The notes: generated by a model from the letters alone, not told the origin. A stretch of DNA of 51,172 bases from Girardia tigrina (GCA_001938485.1 MQRK01237787.1:6862-58033); one strand, 5' to 3'. Numbered from the stretch's first letter, positions 39,059-51,158 are shown. Numbers and translations: made by a program.

Positions 39059-39572
39059 TGTGAGGAATATTTTAAATATGGTATGTTGAAATTGGTTTGT
39101 TGAATTTTGTATGTTGAGTTTAGTATTTGGAAATGTGTTTCTCCCACCCAGATGGAAAATTGATATTTTGGATGTTCACGATAAATAATTATTCGAGTAT
39201 AATTTATATTTTAAAGTACAGCATAAGATATTTAAAAACATTAAAAATATTAAATCGTTTCAAATTTTCATATTAACATTTAAGTAAAGTAAATAGTTTT
39301 AACTAAGTTTTGAATTAAATAAATGTTCTTTATTTCCATAAAATAATTTTTTAAATAAAATTAATATGTAAATAGAATTATTAATAAAATTACAAAATTT
39401 GAACTTTAGAAATAAAATCTGAAAATAATGAAAAATTTGTTCGAATAATTGTTTATTAACAAACATGAACAAAAAATTATCAATTTAGAACGATGTCGAA
39501 TGACGAAAGTTTTGCTGAGAGTTTTCCAAAAGACAATTCTGATTGTATTGAAAATAAAAGTTCGAAAACCCA
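39059..39572 (+). mobile_element. LTR family copy F (3' terminus lost), close relative of 48071-48540
   Basis: TGTGAGGAATA start, TCTCCCACCCAGATGG box, ATG 39493 (MSNDESFAESFPKDNSDCIENKSSKT). Highly similar to copy G. Confidence 0.88.
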
Positions 39573-40366
39573 AAAAAGCTCAATTTGTACGATATTGTGT
39601 TTTACAATATTGTGTTTTATTTATATATTTATAAAGGGAAACTATTTTTACTTTATAATCGTAAATTTCCACTGTCTATTTAAATAGAAAATAGACAAAA
39701 TAATTTCTAAACACTTTAGAAAAGCAATGACAAAAGTGAGGGAGATGTTTTAAAAGTGTATTAATTTTTAATCTTCTTAGTAACCAAGGAAATGTTTTAT
39801 CTCTCTTTGAGCAAACTTTATTTCTAAGAAAATTAACTGAGATAAAAATCAAAATTTATCAAATAATTATTTCTTATTCGTCAAAATTACTACAATTAAT
39901 ATTGAAAAGAAGTTTTTTTTAATTAAAATTTATTTAAATAATTTCATAATAAAAGATATAAAAATGCATAAATATATAAAACATTTTTTTAACTATATTT
40001 AATTTTATTTTTTTAATTTAAATAAACTTTTAATTAAAATTATCACATTTTTTTAGATAAAAATTCATGAAAAAAATATCAAAAAATAGGAAGAGATTTA
40101 TTACATTTTATCGAAGAAGAGAATCTGAAGTAAAAAGCGTTGGCTTTTATAGAAAAAAATCGCCTTCAAATTTTCAAGAAATGAATATTCCGTTTTTAAT
40201 AACGAAAATTTGAACTAAAGAAAATATTTACCTTCAGATGAAGTCTACGGAAGTTTGTCAATTTTTTTCAAATAAAAAAGACTAAGAAATTTTGGATGCT
40301 CAAATCATCCTGAAAGAATTATGCATCCATAATTACTACATTTACAGAGGTCACCTTAGAGAGGTT

Positions 40367-40644
40367 TCTTAAAAAAAAGTTAAATTATTGTTAAAATATT
40401 TATTTATATAACAATTTAAATTGTTATAATTGACATAATCTTTATTAACAATTTAAGAATTATTCAAAATTTTAAATTTTTTTCAATTATTTTCCATTAT
40501 TCGAATATATATAAATATTTTTCAAATCTAATATTAATAAAAATATTTTAATAAAAAAATATTAAACATATTTTTGATACATAGGTCAACCATCAGTGCA
40601 GGAGAAAAAAACACAAAAGACAACATTTGAAAACAGCCCTCGTG
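40367..40644 (-). mobile_element. degenerate LTR family copy H
   Basis: Minus strand reads CACGAGGG...TCTCCTGCACTGATGG...AATAAA about 32 nt before TTAAGA. ORF broken, no TSD. Confidence 0.55.
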
Positions 40645-41319
40645 TTATTTAAATAAATAATAATTTATTATAAACTACGGCTGGATGATAAAATTATTTT
40701 TAAAAAATTAATAATTTAATACGTGGGCCGTCCAAAAAGTTCTTAGCCTAACAATGAAAAACAAAAGTTAAATTTGAAAAGGATATATTTATTGTTAATT
40801 ATAATCTCCTAAAACAATAATACATTTATTATAATGTTTTTCTAACAATTCTATCCCATGTTGAAAATGATTTTCTTCGAGCTCTGCAAAATAACTGTTT
40901 ACAGCTGCAATAATTTCATTTTTTGATGTGAAACGCTTTCCAGCAAGGAACTTTTTTAGGCTAGGAAACAAATAATAGTCTTTGTGAGCCAAATCTGGTG
41001 AATACGGTAAACGATAAGCAATTCATACTTTGATTCATTCAATTTAGCCATCGTCAAACCACTTTTGTGAGCAGGTGCATTGTCTTGTTGAAAAAGGATT
41101 TAACACGAACTATTGCATTGCGTTGATCCAAAAGTCTTATTGATCCAAAAGAGTAATATTCTTACTTGACTGTTTTACCTTTCTCAAGATAATCGAGCAA
41201 TAAAACATCTCTGTAATCCCAAAAAAAATGTTGCCATAACCTTCCCGTCTGATTGAAAAATTTTAAAATTTTTTTTGTGCACTTTCATCACCTTCAATCC
41301 ATTGTTTCTGTTGCATAAC

Positions 41320-44300
41320 AAGGGGCGGATTTAACGGGTGCCAAACCTGGCGGTCGACAGGGGCCCCGAGCTTTTTAGGGCCCGAGATTGTTTAGGAATA
41401 AAAAAAAAGTTTTTTAATTTTTTTGTGTGCCGAAATATTTTATTTCGATCTTTGAATAATTTTCAGATTGAGGAATTTATTGGAGTTTTGTCAACTAGCC
41501 GTATCTAATATGTCACTTAACTACTATATATATTGGTAATATGAATAGGAATTACATGGAATATTATAAATATTCACACGGTGAATTGTTGTTTACTGGG
41601 ACACTTTGACTTAATGTGTCAATAAGAAACAAGTCAAAAGTAATTTAACCATAATTTAATTTATTACAACAACGTGCTGAATTAAAAGAACTGAAAATTT
41701 AATTGATATCATAAAATCAATTTAATTGACGTCATTAAAATCAATGGTAATTCTGATTTTTACTAGTTTTAAATGGGAAAATATTTTTCTTTTAATTTAA
41801 TTTTCAAATTATATGCCATAATATGAAGCGGCATCAAAGTGGTTCAGAAAAGAGAAAGGTAAGTAAATGTAAAGAAGAATTGTATGCAAAAGATAAGAAT
41901 GCTCTTTTGAAATTTTTAACTGTTCAAAATGATTTCCAAAAAACCATCGAAAGAGATTGAATATGGTGGTACAAATGATGTTGCTAACGTAACAATTGAA
42001 AATTGCGCAATAAATAACACTACTCTTGGAGACTCTGCAAAAGTTAACTAACGAAAATGAAGAAATAACATGTCAAGAAAAAGAACTCGATCTAGGTGAC
42101 ATTGCTATGTGGCCAAAAATATTGACCGATGAATTAATTGAACGTATAATTTTAATGAAACCCAAAAATATTGGCGATATTCATAATTTAAGATCTCTGT
42201 ACAAACGATAACGAAAAAGAATATTACCGAGGCCTCAGTGAAGAACATTATTTTCGTACAACCCAAAACAACAACAAAGAAAAAAGAAATTGGCTTGTGT
42301 TTTCGGAAACAAGTAAGTCGGTATATTGTTATCCTTGTAAAATATTTTAAAAATCTCAATCAATATTAATAACTGGAAAACCATTCCTAGTACTCTATCC
42401 GATCATGAATTATCTAAGGCACATGTGTCAGCAATATTTAATTTATAAAGGCGCCCTTCAATTTTAAACAGAATCGAGTCCAATGTTCTTAAAGAAAGAG
42501 AAATTAAAGAAAATTATTGGAAAAAGTCTTAACAAGGGTAATATCAACCATAAAATTTATGGCTAGCTTAGGTTTAGTCTTTAGGGGTCACACTGAAAAT
42601 GTGAATTCTAGTAGAAAGAATTATTTAACGTGTTTGGAATATCTGAGAGAATATGACGACTTTTTAAAAATACATTTAGACAAATATGGAAACTGTGGTA
42701 GTGGCACTACGAATAATTTATCTCATCAAACATACGATGAGTTTATTGGTATAATTCATGATTGCGTACAACAATACATAATTAACGAAATAAACAATGC
42801 GAATTACTACAGTATCATAATAGATTCTACACCCGATATTTCACACATGGATCAACTAACATTGATGATACGATATTTATTAAAAAAAACCGAGAAATTA
42901 AAGAAAGATTTGTGTGTTTCCTACAGATTAAACGACATAATGCTGACTATTTAGAAAACGTGGTACTGAAAAAGTTATATCAACTCAACATTGACATTAA
43001 ACAGTGCAGAGATCAATTTTATGACAACATTCCTAACATTTCCGGCAAATATTCAAGTTTACAAACGCGGATTAAACACTACAGTCCAACAGCACATTAC
43101 TTACCATGTGCAAGTCACTCGTTAAATTTAATTGGAAACTTTTGAGCTGAAAGCTGTACAACAGCAATTCATTATTTTACGTTCGTCCAAAACCTTTTTG
43201 TTTTTTTTTCTTCATCAACTTATCGTTGGAATATTCTACAAAAGAAACTCAAGGAGCGGAAAGAGACGCTTACAATTAAAAAACTCTCAGATACAAGATG
43301 GTCTGCCAGAGCGGATGCAGTATTGGCTTTAAAAAAAAGGTTATAGTAAAATAAGAGAAGAGTTAATTCAGATAAATGAAACTGAAACAGAAAAGCAGAG
43401 CCCTAAAACAGAAGCCATTGCATTAATTTAAAAGCTTGAAAATTATGAAATAGCTTTAATGACAATTATTTGGAATAGTATTATGCAAAGAGTAAATGCA
43501 ACAAGTAAATCTCTCCAATCTGTTGAATGTAACTTACAAAAAGGCGCCTCACTAATAAGATCTCGGGGAGATTTTATAAAAAATTTTCGCAATGAATTCG
43601 AATTAGTTGAAGAGGAAGCCAAACAACTGACGTCTAATACAACATTTAATCAACTATCGAGAACTAGAAAAAAGGCAGAAGAAGAACGTTTATTCGACCT
43701 AAAAAATATTTTTATTTTTAATACATTTTATGTCATTTGTGATAGTTTACTCTTTGAATTTAATAGAAGAAATGAAGTATATTTAGCTCTCTTAGAAAAT
43801 TTCCAAATTTTTGTCGATTTAGAATTAGAAAACGATTCAAAATCAGATTATATTAAATGTATTGCTGAATTATATAAGAATGATTTGATTCAGATCTTTT
43901 CCGAGACGAAATAGAACAATTTTTACATTTGATAAAAATGAATTTCTCAGTAATGATGGTGTGAAAAATCAAATTACTACTATGTATAAAGTTGCATTAT
44001 ATTTAAAATCTACAATTCCCAATGTAGAAATAGTTTTTAAAATTTTTTAACGATGCCAATATTAAATTCTTCCGGGAGAGATCATTTTCAGTATTAAAAG
44101 GAGTTAAAAATTATTAACGAAACTCTATAAAGGAAGAACGGTTGAATTCTCTGACATTGCTTTACACGGAGTATGGGCTTATGAATAATATTGATTGCAA
44201 TTTCTTAATTAAGAAATTTGCCAAAAACAAAATAAGAAAAAAGTTTATGTAAAATATAGTTGTTGCTCTTTGAATTTGTTTAATTTGTTAATAAACTTTT

Positions 44301-45027
44301 CGAATAATAAATATAATTTTTTTAAAAGATCACCTATTGTAAACCTTTCGTTTTATTTGGAAAATGTATATCTAATTTCTTAGAATTTAGTAAGGATGAT
44401 TAGTAAATAAGAAATATTTTTGTTGTATTTTGAATCTCTGGTTAAAGATAATCGAAATAAAATATTTATGAATTAATATTTAAGCAATTTTTAAATGCCA
44501 CGAACCAATGGACCTGGTTTATTGTGGCTATAAATAGCCAGTAAAAATGAGTTTTTTCTTAAAAAAATTTGTTTCTTTACAGCATTGTATGAAATAAAAG
44601 AAAATGACAATTAAATTAATGTTATATCGTATGTTGAAGTAATACTACATTATGTTAATTAGTCTTAAATTATTCTTTAAAGTATACATTAGTGTCTTAA
44701 CCTAAAGAGGTAACCTTTTAAAGAATAATTTACTCAATACATAATTTATTTCATATAGATCACTTACCTCTTTGGGTTTTCATAAAATAATATAAAGGTA
44801 AAACAAAAAGGAATAATTATGAAGCTTAATAAACCATATTTTATTCAATCTACTTAATCTGTTACCAATACGCCATTGTCCAACTAACGCCATTGTATCT
44901 ACCAACGATACATCAAGTCTGGTTCCCTCATACGAGGTTACGACACATGTAAAATAAATTTTTTTTCAAGCATGTAGTTTTTAATTTTTTTATTCACTCT
45001 GACCGGTCCATGCTAAATACGCCGCTG
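41320..45027 (+). mobile_element. hAT transposon (Tip100/ZMYM1-like), full length, non-functional
   Basis: TIRs AAGGGGCGGATTTA and TAAATACGCCGCTG; 8-bp TSD TGCATAAC/TGCATAAT (41312-41319/45028-45035). Confidence 0.92.
41823..44252 (+). pseudogene. hAT transposase pseudogene (ZMYM1-like/DUF4371 type)
   Basis: MKRHQSGSEKRK start, LVFRGH, YYSIIIDSTPDISHMDQL, CASHSLNL, LSDTRWSAR and an ERSFSVLKRVK-like C-terminal motif. Multiple frameshifts. Confidence 0.92.
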
Positions 45028-46950
45028 TGCATAATGGTGGATCCATGTTTCATCAACAGTCATGAACCGACGTTTAAAATCAGCTTTTATTTGTCTAAAA
45101 TGATCCAAACAAGCTTGAGAATTTCTCATTCAAAAACGTTTATGATCGATCGTTAACAAATGCGGCACCAATCTTGCACCAAGCTATTTCATGCACCAAG
45201 CTATTTCAAGCTATTATCTCTGGTTAAAGATAATCGAAATAAAATATTTATGAATTAATATTTAAGCAATTTTTAAATGCCACGAACCAATGAACCTGGT
45301 TTATTATCTTCATGCAAAATATATCCAAATCGATTTTTTTGCGATGCTCATAGCATTAGCTATTTTACGTACGTTGAAACACCGATAATCTAACACCATA
45401 TCATGCACTTCACGAACAATTTATGGTGTTGGCGCAGTTTTTGGACGCCCACTTCGTGATTCATTTTCAATGCTTTTACGACAACATTAAATTCCGAAAT
45501 CCATTTTTTTACTGTGACATACGAAGGATTACTTTTATGTAACATATTCATATATCAGGATAAATTCCCTCTCCTTTTAATCCTTTTATAAATAAATATT
45601 CCAATTACCGCCCTATTCTTGAATTTATCCATTACTAAAAAATCAATGTCAAGTCAATTTGAAATAGCTTTTAAACAAAGAAAGAAATGACAAGTCATAA
45701 TAAAATTTAACATGTGTACATATGACATATATGACTTTCTAACACACATATTTTTTGCAGTATAAAGTGCCATATCTGTGTTAGGTGGAGAACCTTTTGG
45801 ACAGCCTATGTAAAGTTATATTTTGTTATATTTTTAGAAAATTATGTTGCTAGATCTATTTTTCTTTCACAGTTCAGTGGCTACTTGTGTTTCTGCACCA
45901 ATCATTGTCTATTTCATCTAGGTCTAGTTGATTATTTTGTTCATCTTCTTCTCTTCGAGCTTATTTATCCTTTTATTCAAAGGTTACGTCGGTTTAAAAT
46001 TGTAAGGATTTTGGGAAACTCTTCTAAATTTTTGAATTAAAATTTACCTAAACAACTTTTTTTTACAAATTAATAAAATATTTAAAATCCAAAATTAAAT
46101 ATTAAGTTACTTTAAATTAAATATATAAAAACTATATTCAAAAAGAGATTTCAATAAATTATTAGAAATTTTAAAAATATAAATTACAAGATTTCAAATT
46201 TTAATTTAATTTATCTATATTTATATTTACAATTATTTTGATATTATTGGTTTGCGCAAGAAGTGTTCCTCAGAAATTTACTTAAACAAAGCTTGCTTAA
46301 ATTTATGTTATATTGAGATATTAAATAAGTTTCAAAAATGTCTTCATCTGAGTTTATTTATTTTAGAAAAAACATTGTCGTAAATGCTCACAAAAATGAC
46401 GTTATTGGTCGTAAAATGACTTTATTAATTGCAATAACGACGTAAGAAATCAAAAATAATTGCAACCTCATTGTTTTCTCAAATAAAGTTACAGAATTAA
46501 GTAATTATTTTGGACAATTTGAAGATAAAAAACCAAAACTTTTATTTTTCATTTTACTGAACATCTTTCAGTATAAATGTTCAATATACTGAACTTAGTT
46601 CTGAATACAAATAAATCCAAACTATGTTAATTTTTAAACTAAATTTTAAATATATTCAATCCAAAACTAAAACTAGAAATTAAAACTATTATTGAAATAA
46701 AAACAAAACTGAAAAATATCCGAGGCTTTAAACTTTTTGTCGGTTTCAGAAACAAATTATGGAAAATATTTGAATTTCTTCTTTACAATTTATATTACTT
46801 AGGAATGAAAATGACTCCTATGAGATGAACGACGAATGACAAATATATAAAATTTATTTTTCAACACAAATACTTTTTAATAGATATTATTTAAACAAGT
46901 AATTATCCATATTCTTTTCATGTTAAATATTTAATTTAATAAATAAATTT

Positions 46951-47481
46951 GGATCATGTTAAAAGTACGCCCCTAAAATTACACAACTAAAAAATATGCC
47001 CCCGTGTAATAAATACAATAAAAACACAATACAAAATTAATTAAGGTAATCCTGCAAAAATTCTTTTTTGACTCCCTTCATTTTCTTGCACAGTGTTTTG
47101 TTTTTATTCCAATAAGATTCAACATTTTGTGTGTGAATCCCGGTTCTAGGCTCTACAAAATTAATCGAATGATTAACTGTATCATGATCATATCCTAGAG
47201 CATTTAAATTGGAATATGNNNNNNNNNNNNNNNNNNNNNNNNNNNNNNNNNTTCTTATGATTGTTTCATACGTACTAGGTGACGTGATCCAAAAAATATT
47301 TATGAACATTAAAATAAATAAGATGTATTTATAATGAGATATAATTACACAACTAAAAAGTACGCCCCTAAAAAATACACAACTAAAAAGTACACCCCTA
47401 AAATTACACAACTAAAAAGTACGCCCCTAAAATTACACAACTAAAAAATATGCCCCTGGGGGCATATTTTTAACAAGATCC
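46951..47481 (-). mobile_element. Merlin (IS1016/ISXO2-like) non-autonomous element
   Basis: TIRs GGATCATGTTAAAAGTACGCCCC and GGGGCATATTTTTAACAAGATCC; perfect 8-bp TSD ATAAATTT; peptide GYDHDTVNHSINFVEPRTGIHTQNVESYW; 28-bp subterminal repeats. Small N gap at 47219-47251. Confidence 0.93.
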
Positions 47482-47665
47482 ATAAATTTAACATGTAGCA
47501 TTCATTATCTGACCTTTTCAGTTAAAAAATTTAGGGGTATTTAAAGTTTATTTAATAATTTATTGCTTATTTATCAAAATTAATAAAATTAATTAATTAA
47601 GGTAAATTTCAATTTAAAAAACATTTTTCAGTTCATTTTCTATCGTTATTTTCGATTTGAAGATC

Positions 47666-47893
47666 TGAAGTCTGGGTGGTCTCTCGGTTTGATCCCGCTC
47701 CAGAGCACTTTATTTGCGTGATCTCATCTGGAAGTCGGACTGCCCTCTAGATCGTGTGGGGACAGTGAGGGCGCGTCGGTCTGCTCATGAATTCCGGGGG
47801 TTCACGGGATGTGTGTAGTTCCGGCCTTAATAATTCTGATTTAAATGCCAGTCGTCAGTCGGTTGATGTGCCGGGACGAATTCAGATTCGACA
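47666..47893 (-). mobile_element. possible solo LTR of an unrelated GC-rich family
   Basis: Minus strand TGTCGAATCTG...CAGACTTCA with imperfect terminal inverted repeats and AATAAA (47709-47714) about 43 nt from the end. No TSD found. Confidence 0.5.
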
Positions 47894-48070
47894 GGTATTG
47901 ATGAAACGAATATTAATAATAAAAAAGATATGATTTTGAGAATAAGAATACGATATGGAACTTCAATTATTTATTTACATTCAGCAATTTTCAAAACTTG
48001 TGTAAATGAAATCTTTATTTTCAAACAAGCGTATTTAATTTTTATTCAAACAAAGTTAATTAATGTTTAC

Positions 48071-48540
48071 TGTGAGGAATATTTTAAATTTGGTATGTTG
48101 AATTTTGTATGTTGAGTTTAGTCTTTTGAAATGTGTTTCTCCCACCCAGATGGAAAATTGATATTTTGGATGTTCACGATAAATAATTATTCGAGTATAA
48201 TTTGCATTTTAAAGTACAGCATAAGATATTTAAAAAACTTTAAAAATATTAAATCGTTTCAAATTTTCATATTAAAAATTTAAATAAAGTAAATAGCTTT
48301 TAACCAAGTTTTAAATTAAATAAATGTTCTTTCTTTACATAAAATCATGTTTTAAATAAAATGAATATGTAGATAAAATTATTACTAAAATTACAAAATT
48401 TGTTTATTAAAAAACATTAACTAAAATTTATCAATTTAGAACGATGTTGAATTACGAAAGCTTTGCTGAGAGTTGTCCAAAAGACAATTCTAATTGTATT
48501 GAAAATAAAAGTTCGAAAACCCATGTTGGTCTTCTTAATA
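48071..48540 (+). mobile_element. solo LTR, family copy G
   Basis: TGTGAGGAA...CTTAATA with perfect TSD TTTAC (48066-48070/48541-48545). ATG 48444 (MLNYESFAESCPKDNSNCIENKSSKTHVGLLN). Confidence 0.92.
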
Positions 48541-49399
48541 TTTACTATTTTTAACAGTTTTTATTGTTTTTTCTTAGTCTCACAAGAAGAAAATTTAAAA
48601 AATAGAATATAGATAGAAAAAGGTGAGCTGTTAAAATTAAATTGAACAACTCCAACTTATATTCATAATTTCAACAAATCATCAATCAATAAAACCGATA
48701 TTAAAACCGAGAAATCTGAAGATATTAAATCATCATTGACCTCGGATAATCAACAACCCTGAGACACGGTGTGACATCGCGTGGACGGATCGACCCAGTA
48801 GTAGAAGAAACATGATCTCCCCGATTGAGGATGATGTCAAGGAACTAATAGGACGACTTGTAATTTTATCGGTCAATCTGTCACATCATTCCGGAGACCA
48901 AATCCACAATATAAACATTTAAATTCAAGCCTCGATGTTCTCTTTCTGGCTCATTTAATCAAATTACTAACCAATATTTAGTTTGTATTTTTAATATAAA
49001 TTCTGTGTCAAATTTTCACTGATGAATGAAAAACCTGACGAAAATCTTATACTTCACTATTTCCTTATTAGTCCACCTAATTTGAAAACTAAGTATTCTT
49101 CAAAAAAATAATGATCGACATTTTTGAAACATATAATTGAGAACCTATAATTATTTTTCTACGATATTTCTTACTTAAAATTAATTGCTAAAATATTTCC
49201 CCTCATCCCAATTCGCCTTATATCGCATCTATCAGTAGAGATATTTCCACAGTGTGACAGAATTTATTTCAAACAAAAATGATAAATTCGTTCATCAAAT
49301 TTCAAAAAATAAGTCAACCAAATTAAAATTTAATTAATTACAATCTTTGAATATTAATAAAATTACGTGAAAATTATTTTTAAAAAACGTGAAAATTTT

Positions 49400-51158
49400 A
49401 AAACTGAAGGGATACAAACCGGTTGGTATAATACACATTTTTATTTATTCAAACAGTAATTAATACATCGTTCTCTGAAGGATACGATAAATATGTACAG
49501 ACATAATTTAATATTTGACTTTTATATCCATAGTCAGTTAGTTTGCGCTAGGGGAGGTCCTATAATATTTTGTCTTAATGAACTCAACTATTCAGAGATC
49601 CTACATTGAATTCAGTCGCATTATCTGACCACAAAAAAACGAATTTACTAATATTAATATAAGCTTTTGATCTTGTACATAATCATGGTCCACATTAAGA
49701 ATACTTTTACTTTATCACATATCGAATAATCCTCAAAACAAATAATTTCAATATATACCAATGGCAATTCATTCTTCCTCCTTGTTCCAGGAAATGAATT
49801 TACCCAACACCCCTATGTGAGAAACTGCCCCAAAAATGAACTAAAAGGTTGTTTTTTACATTTTGGCGCATATGTTGAGGTAAATAAGCTTTTTTTCTAA
49901 ATCCTTGCCCTATTTCCTCCATTAAATAGAGATATATGTGTTTCATCAGTAAAATCAACAGTTTTCCAAAAGGCTAAAGACTCAGACAAATGGGACTTGG
50001 GCCACCTCATTCTTCTAGTCCTTTGAAAAGCAGTTACATAAGGCTTTTATTTTGCAACAAAATTTTTCAATTTCATGGATTTTAAGCAGTTCCATATAGT
50101 CTTGACAGTCACTGCAATACCACCTATATATATCAGTTCTTTTGATGACAGAAATTGATTTCTTCTGGCAGCCTACTTCAGTTTCCTTACAGCCCTTGGT
50201 GTCATCTTCATACCCCATGACAAATTTCACGTGTACCATGGTAGGATCCTGTTCTATTGAACATCTACATTTGAAAAAATCAATTAATAACTTTTAGGTC
50301 TTACCATTAATTAACTTAAATTGTACTTACCCTTAGTGTACTTTCCACAGCTCCTCTAGATACACTTAAAATAGCAGTTATTTCATGAAAGGACTTACAA
50401 TCCTTCCTCAGCTTTAAAATGCATTCTCTCATCTGTGGAGCCAAATCTTGTTTTTTACCAATTCTACTATGATGCAGAAAACAGATAAACTGAAAATGTG
50501 CGTGATTTTTATCTGGCAAAACAAAATGAATTAATATATTATTTAAATTTTATTTAACACATGGCGTCTTTAATTCAATTTCCCCACTGTATTGGTAATA
50601 TGTTAAAACATTCAGTTTAATTTAAAAACTTAAATCAATTTTATAACCATTGTACAATCTTCGAAAATTGCCTTAATTATATATGAGAAAATTATTTGGA
50701 ATGTTTTTTGTGTAAATATTAGATCGCCTATAGTTTTACCTGTCCATGTTTTATCTAAAAAGTAAATGTGAACGGATATGCTTGCAACTGTTGCAACAAC
50801 CGAACAAAAGAGAGTTGTTTTTTACAAAAACGTTATTGAAAATTGTGGTATAAAATTTATTATGTCAGATCAATTTTTCCAGAATGTTTATTTAAAAACA
50901 AATAGAATAAATTAAGTTGAAAATCTTGAGAGAGGAAAGCAAATACCTTGCTGCATCTAAATTCATCAATTTGTTTAGAGGCAGTTTTGAAGCTTTACAT
51001 TGACGGTATTTGTGAAAAGATTACTGAGATAATTTGAAGAAATCTAAGTTCTTCATTTTGTATGATTAAACACTTTATGTCTTAAATAAATAATGTTTTA
51101 TTACTTTTTAAAGAGTTTATATTATTTGGGGTGCATACTTTGTATCACGAATAAAGTA
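49400..51158 (-). mobile_element. decayed Tc1-like element with intron-containing transposase
   Basis: GKKQDLAPQMRECILKLRKDCKSFHEITAILSVSRGAVESTLR, then GTAAGT...TAG intron 50330-50265, then MFNRTGS, later FWKTVDFTDETHISLF. Termini approximate (GATACAAA-containing motifs near 49410 and 51140). Confidence 0.7.

Larger units (their letters stand above)
40722..45810 (-). mobile_element. full-length mariner (irritans-like) interrupted by a hAT insertion
   Basis: TIRs CGTGGGCCGTCCAAAAAGTTCTTAGCCTAACA and, as reverse complement of the right end, CATAGGCTGTCCAAAAGGTTCTCCACCTAACA, with TA on both sides. Motifs: SGRPK, ARLVPHLLT, DETWIHHY (split by the hAT), QDNAPAH, PYSPDLAHKDYYLFPSLKK. Confidence 0.93.

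Noticed and set aside
39059-39175. Minus-strand reading of the LTR 5' box as a repeated host exon (YQFSIWVGETH...)
   Set aside because: The frame is not conserved between copies, and TG..TA/CA ends with 5-bp TSDs explain the repeat as an LTR.
47340-47460. 28-bp repeats as a CRISPR-like array
   Set aside because: The repeats are head-to-tail with no unique spacers, lie inside a Merlin element, and there are no cas genes.
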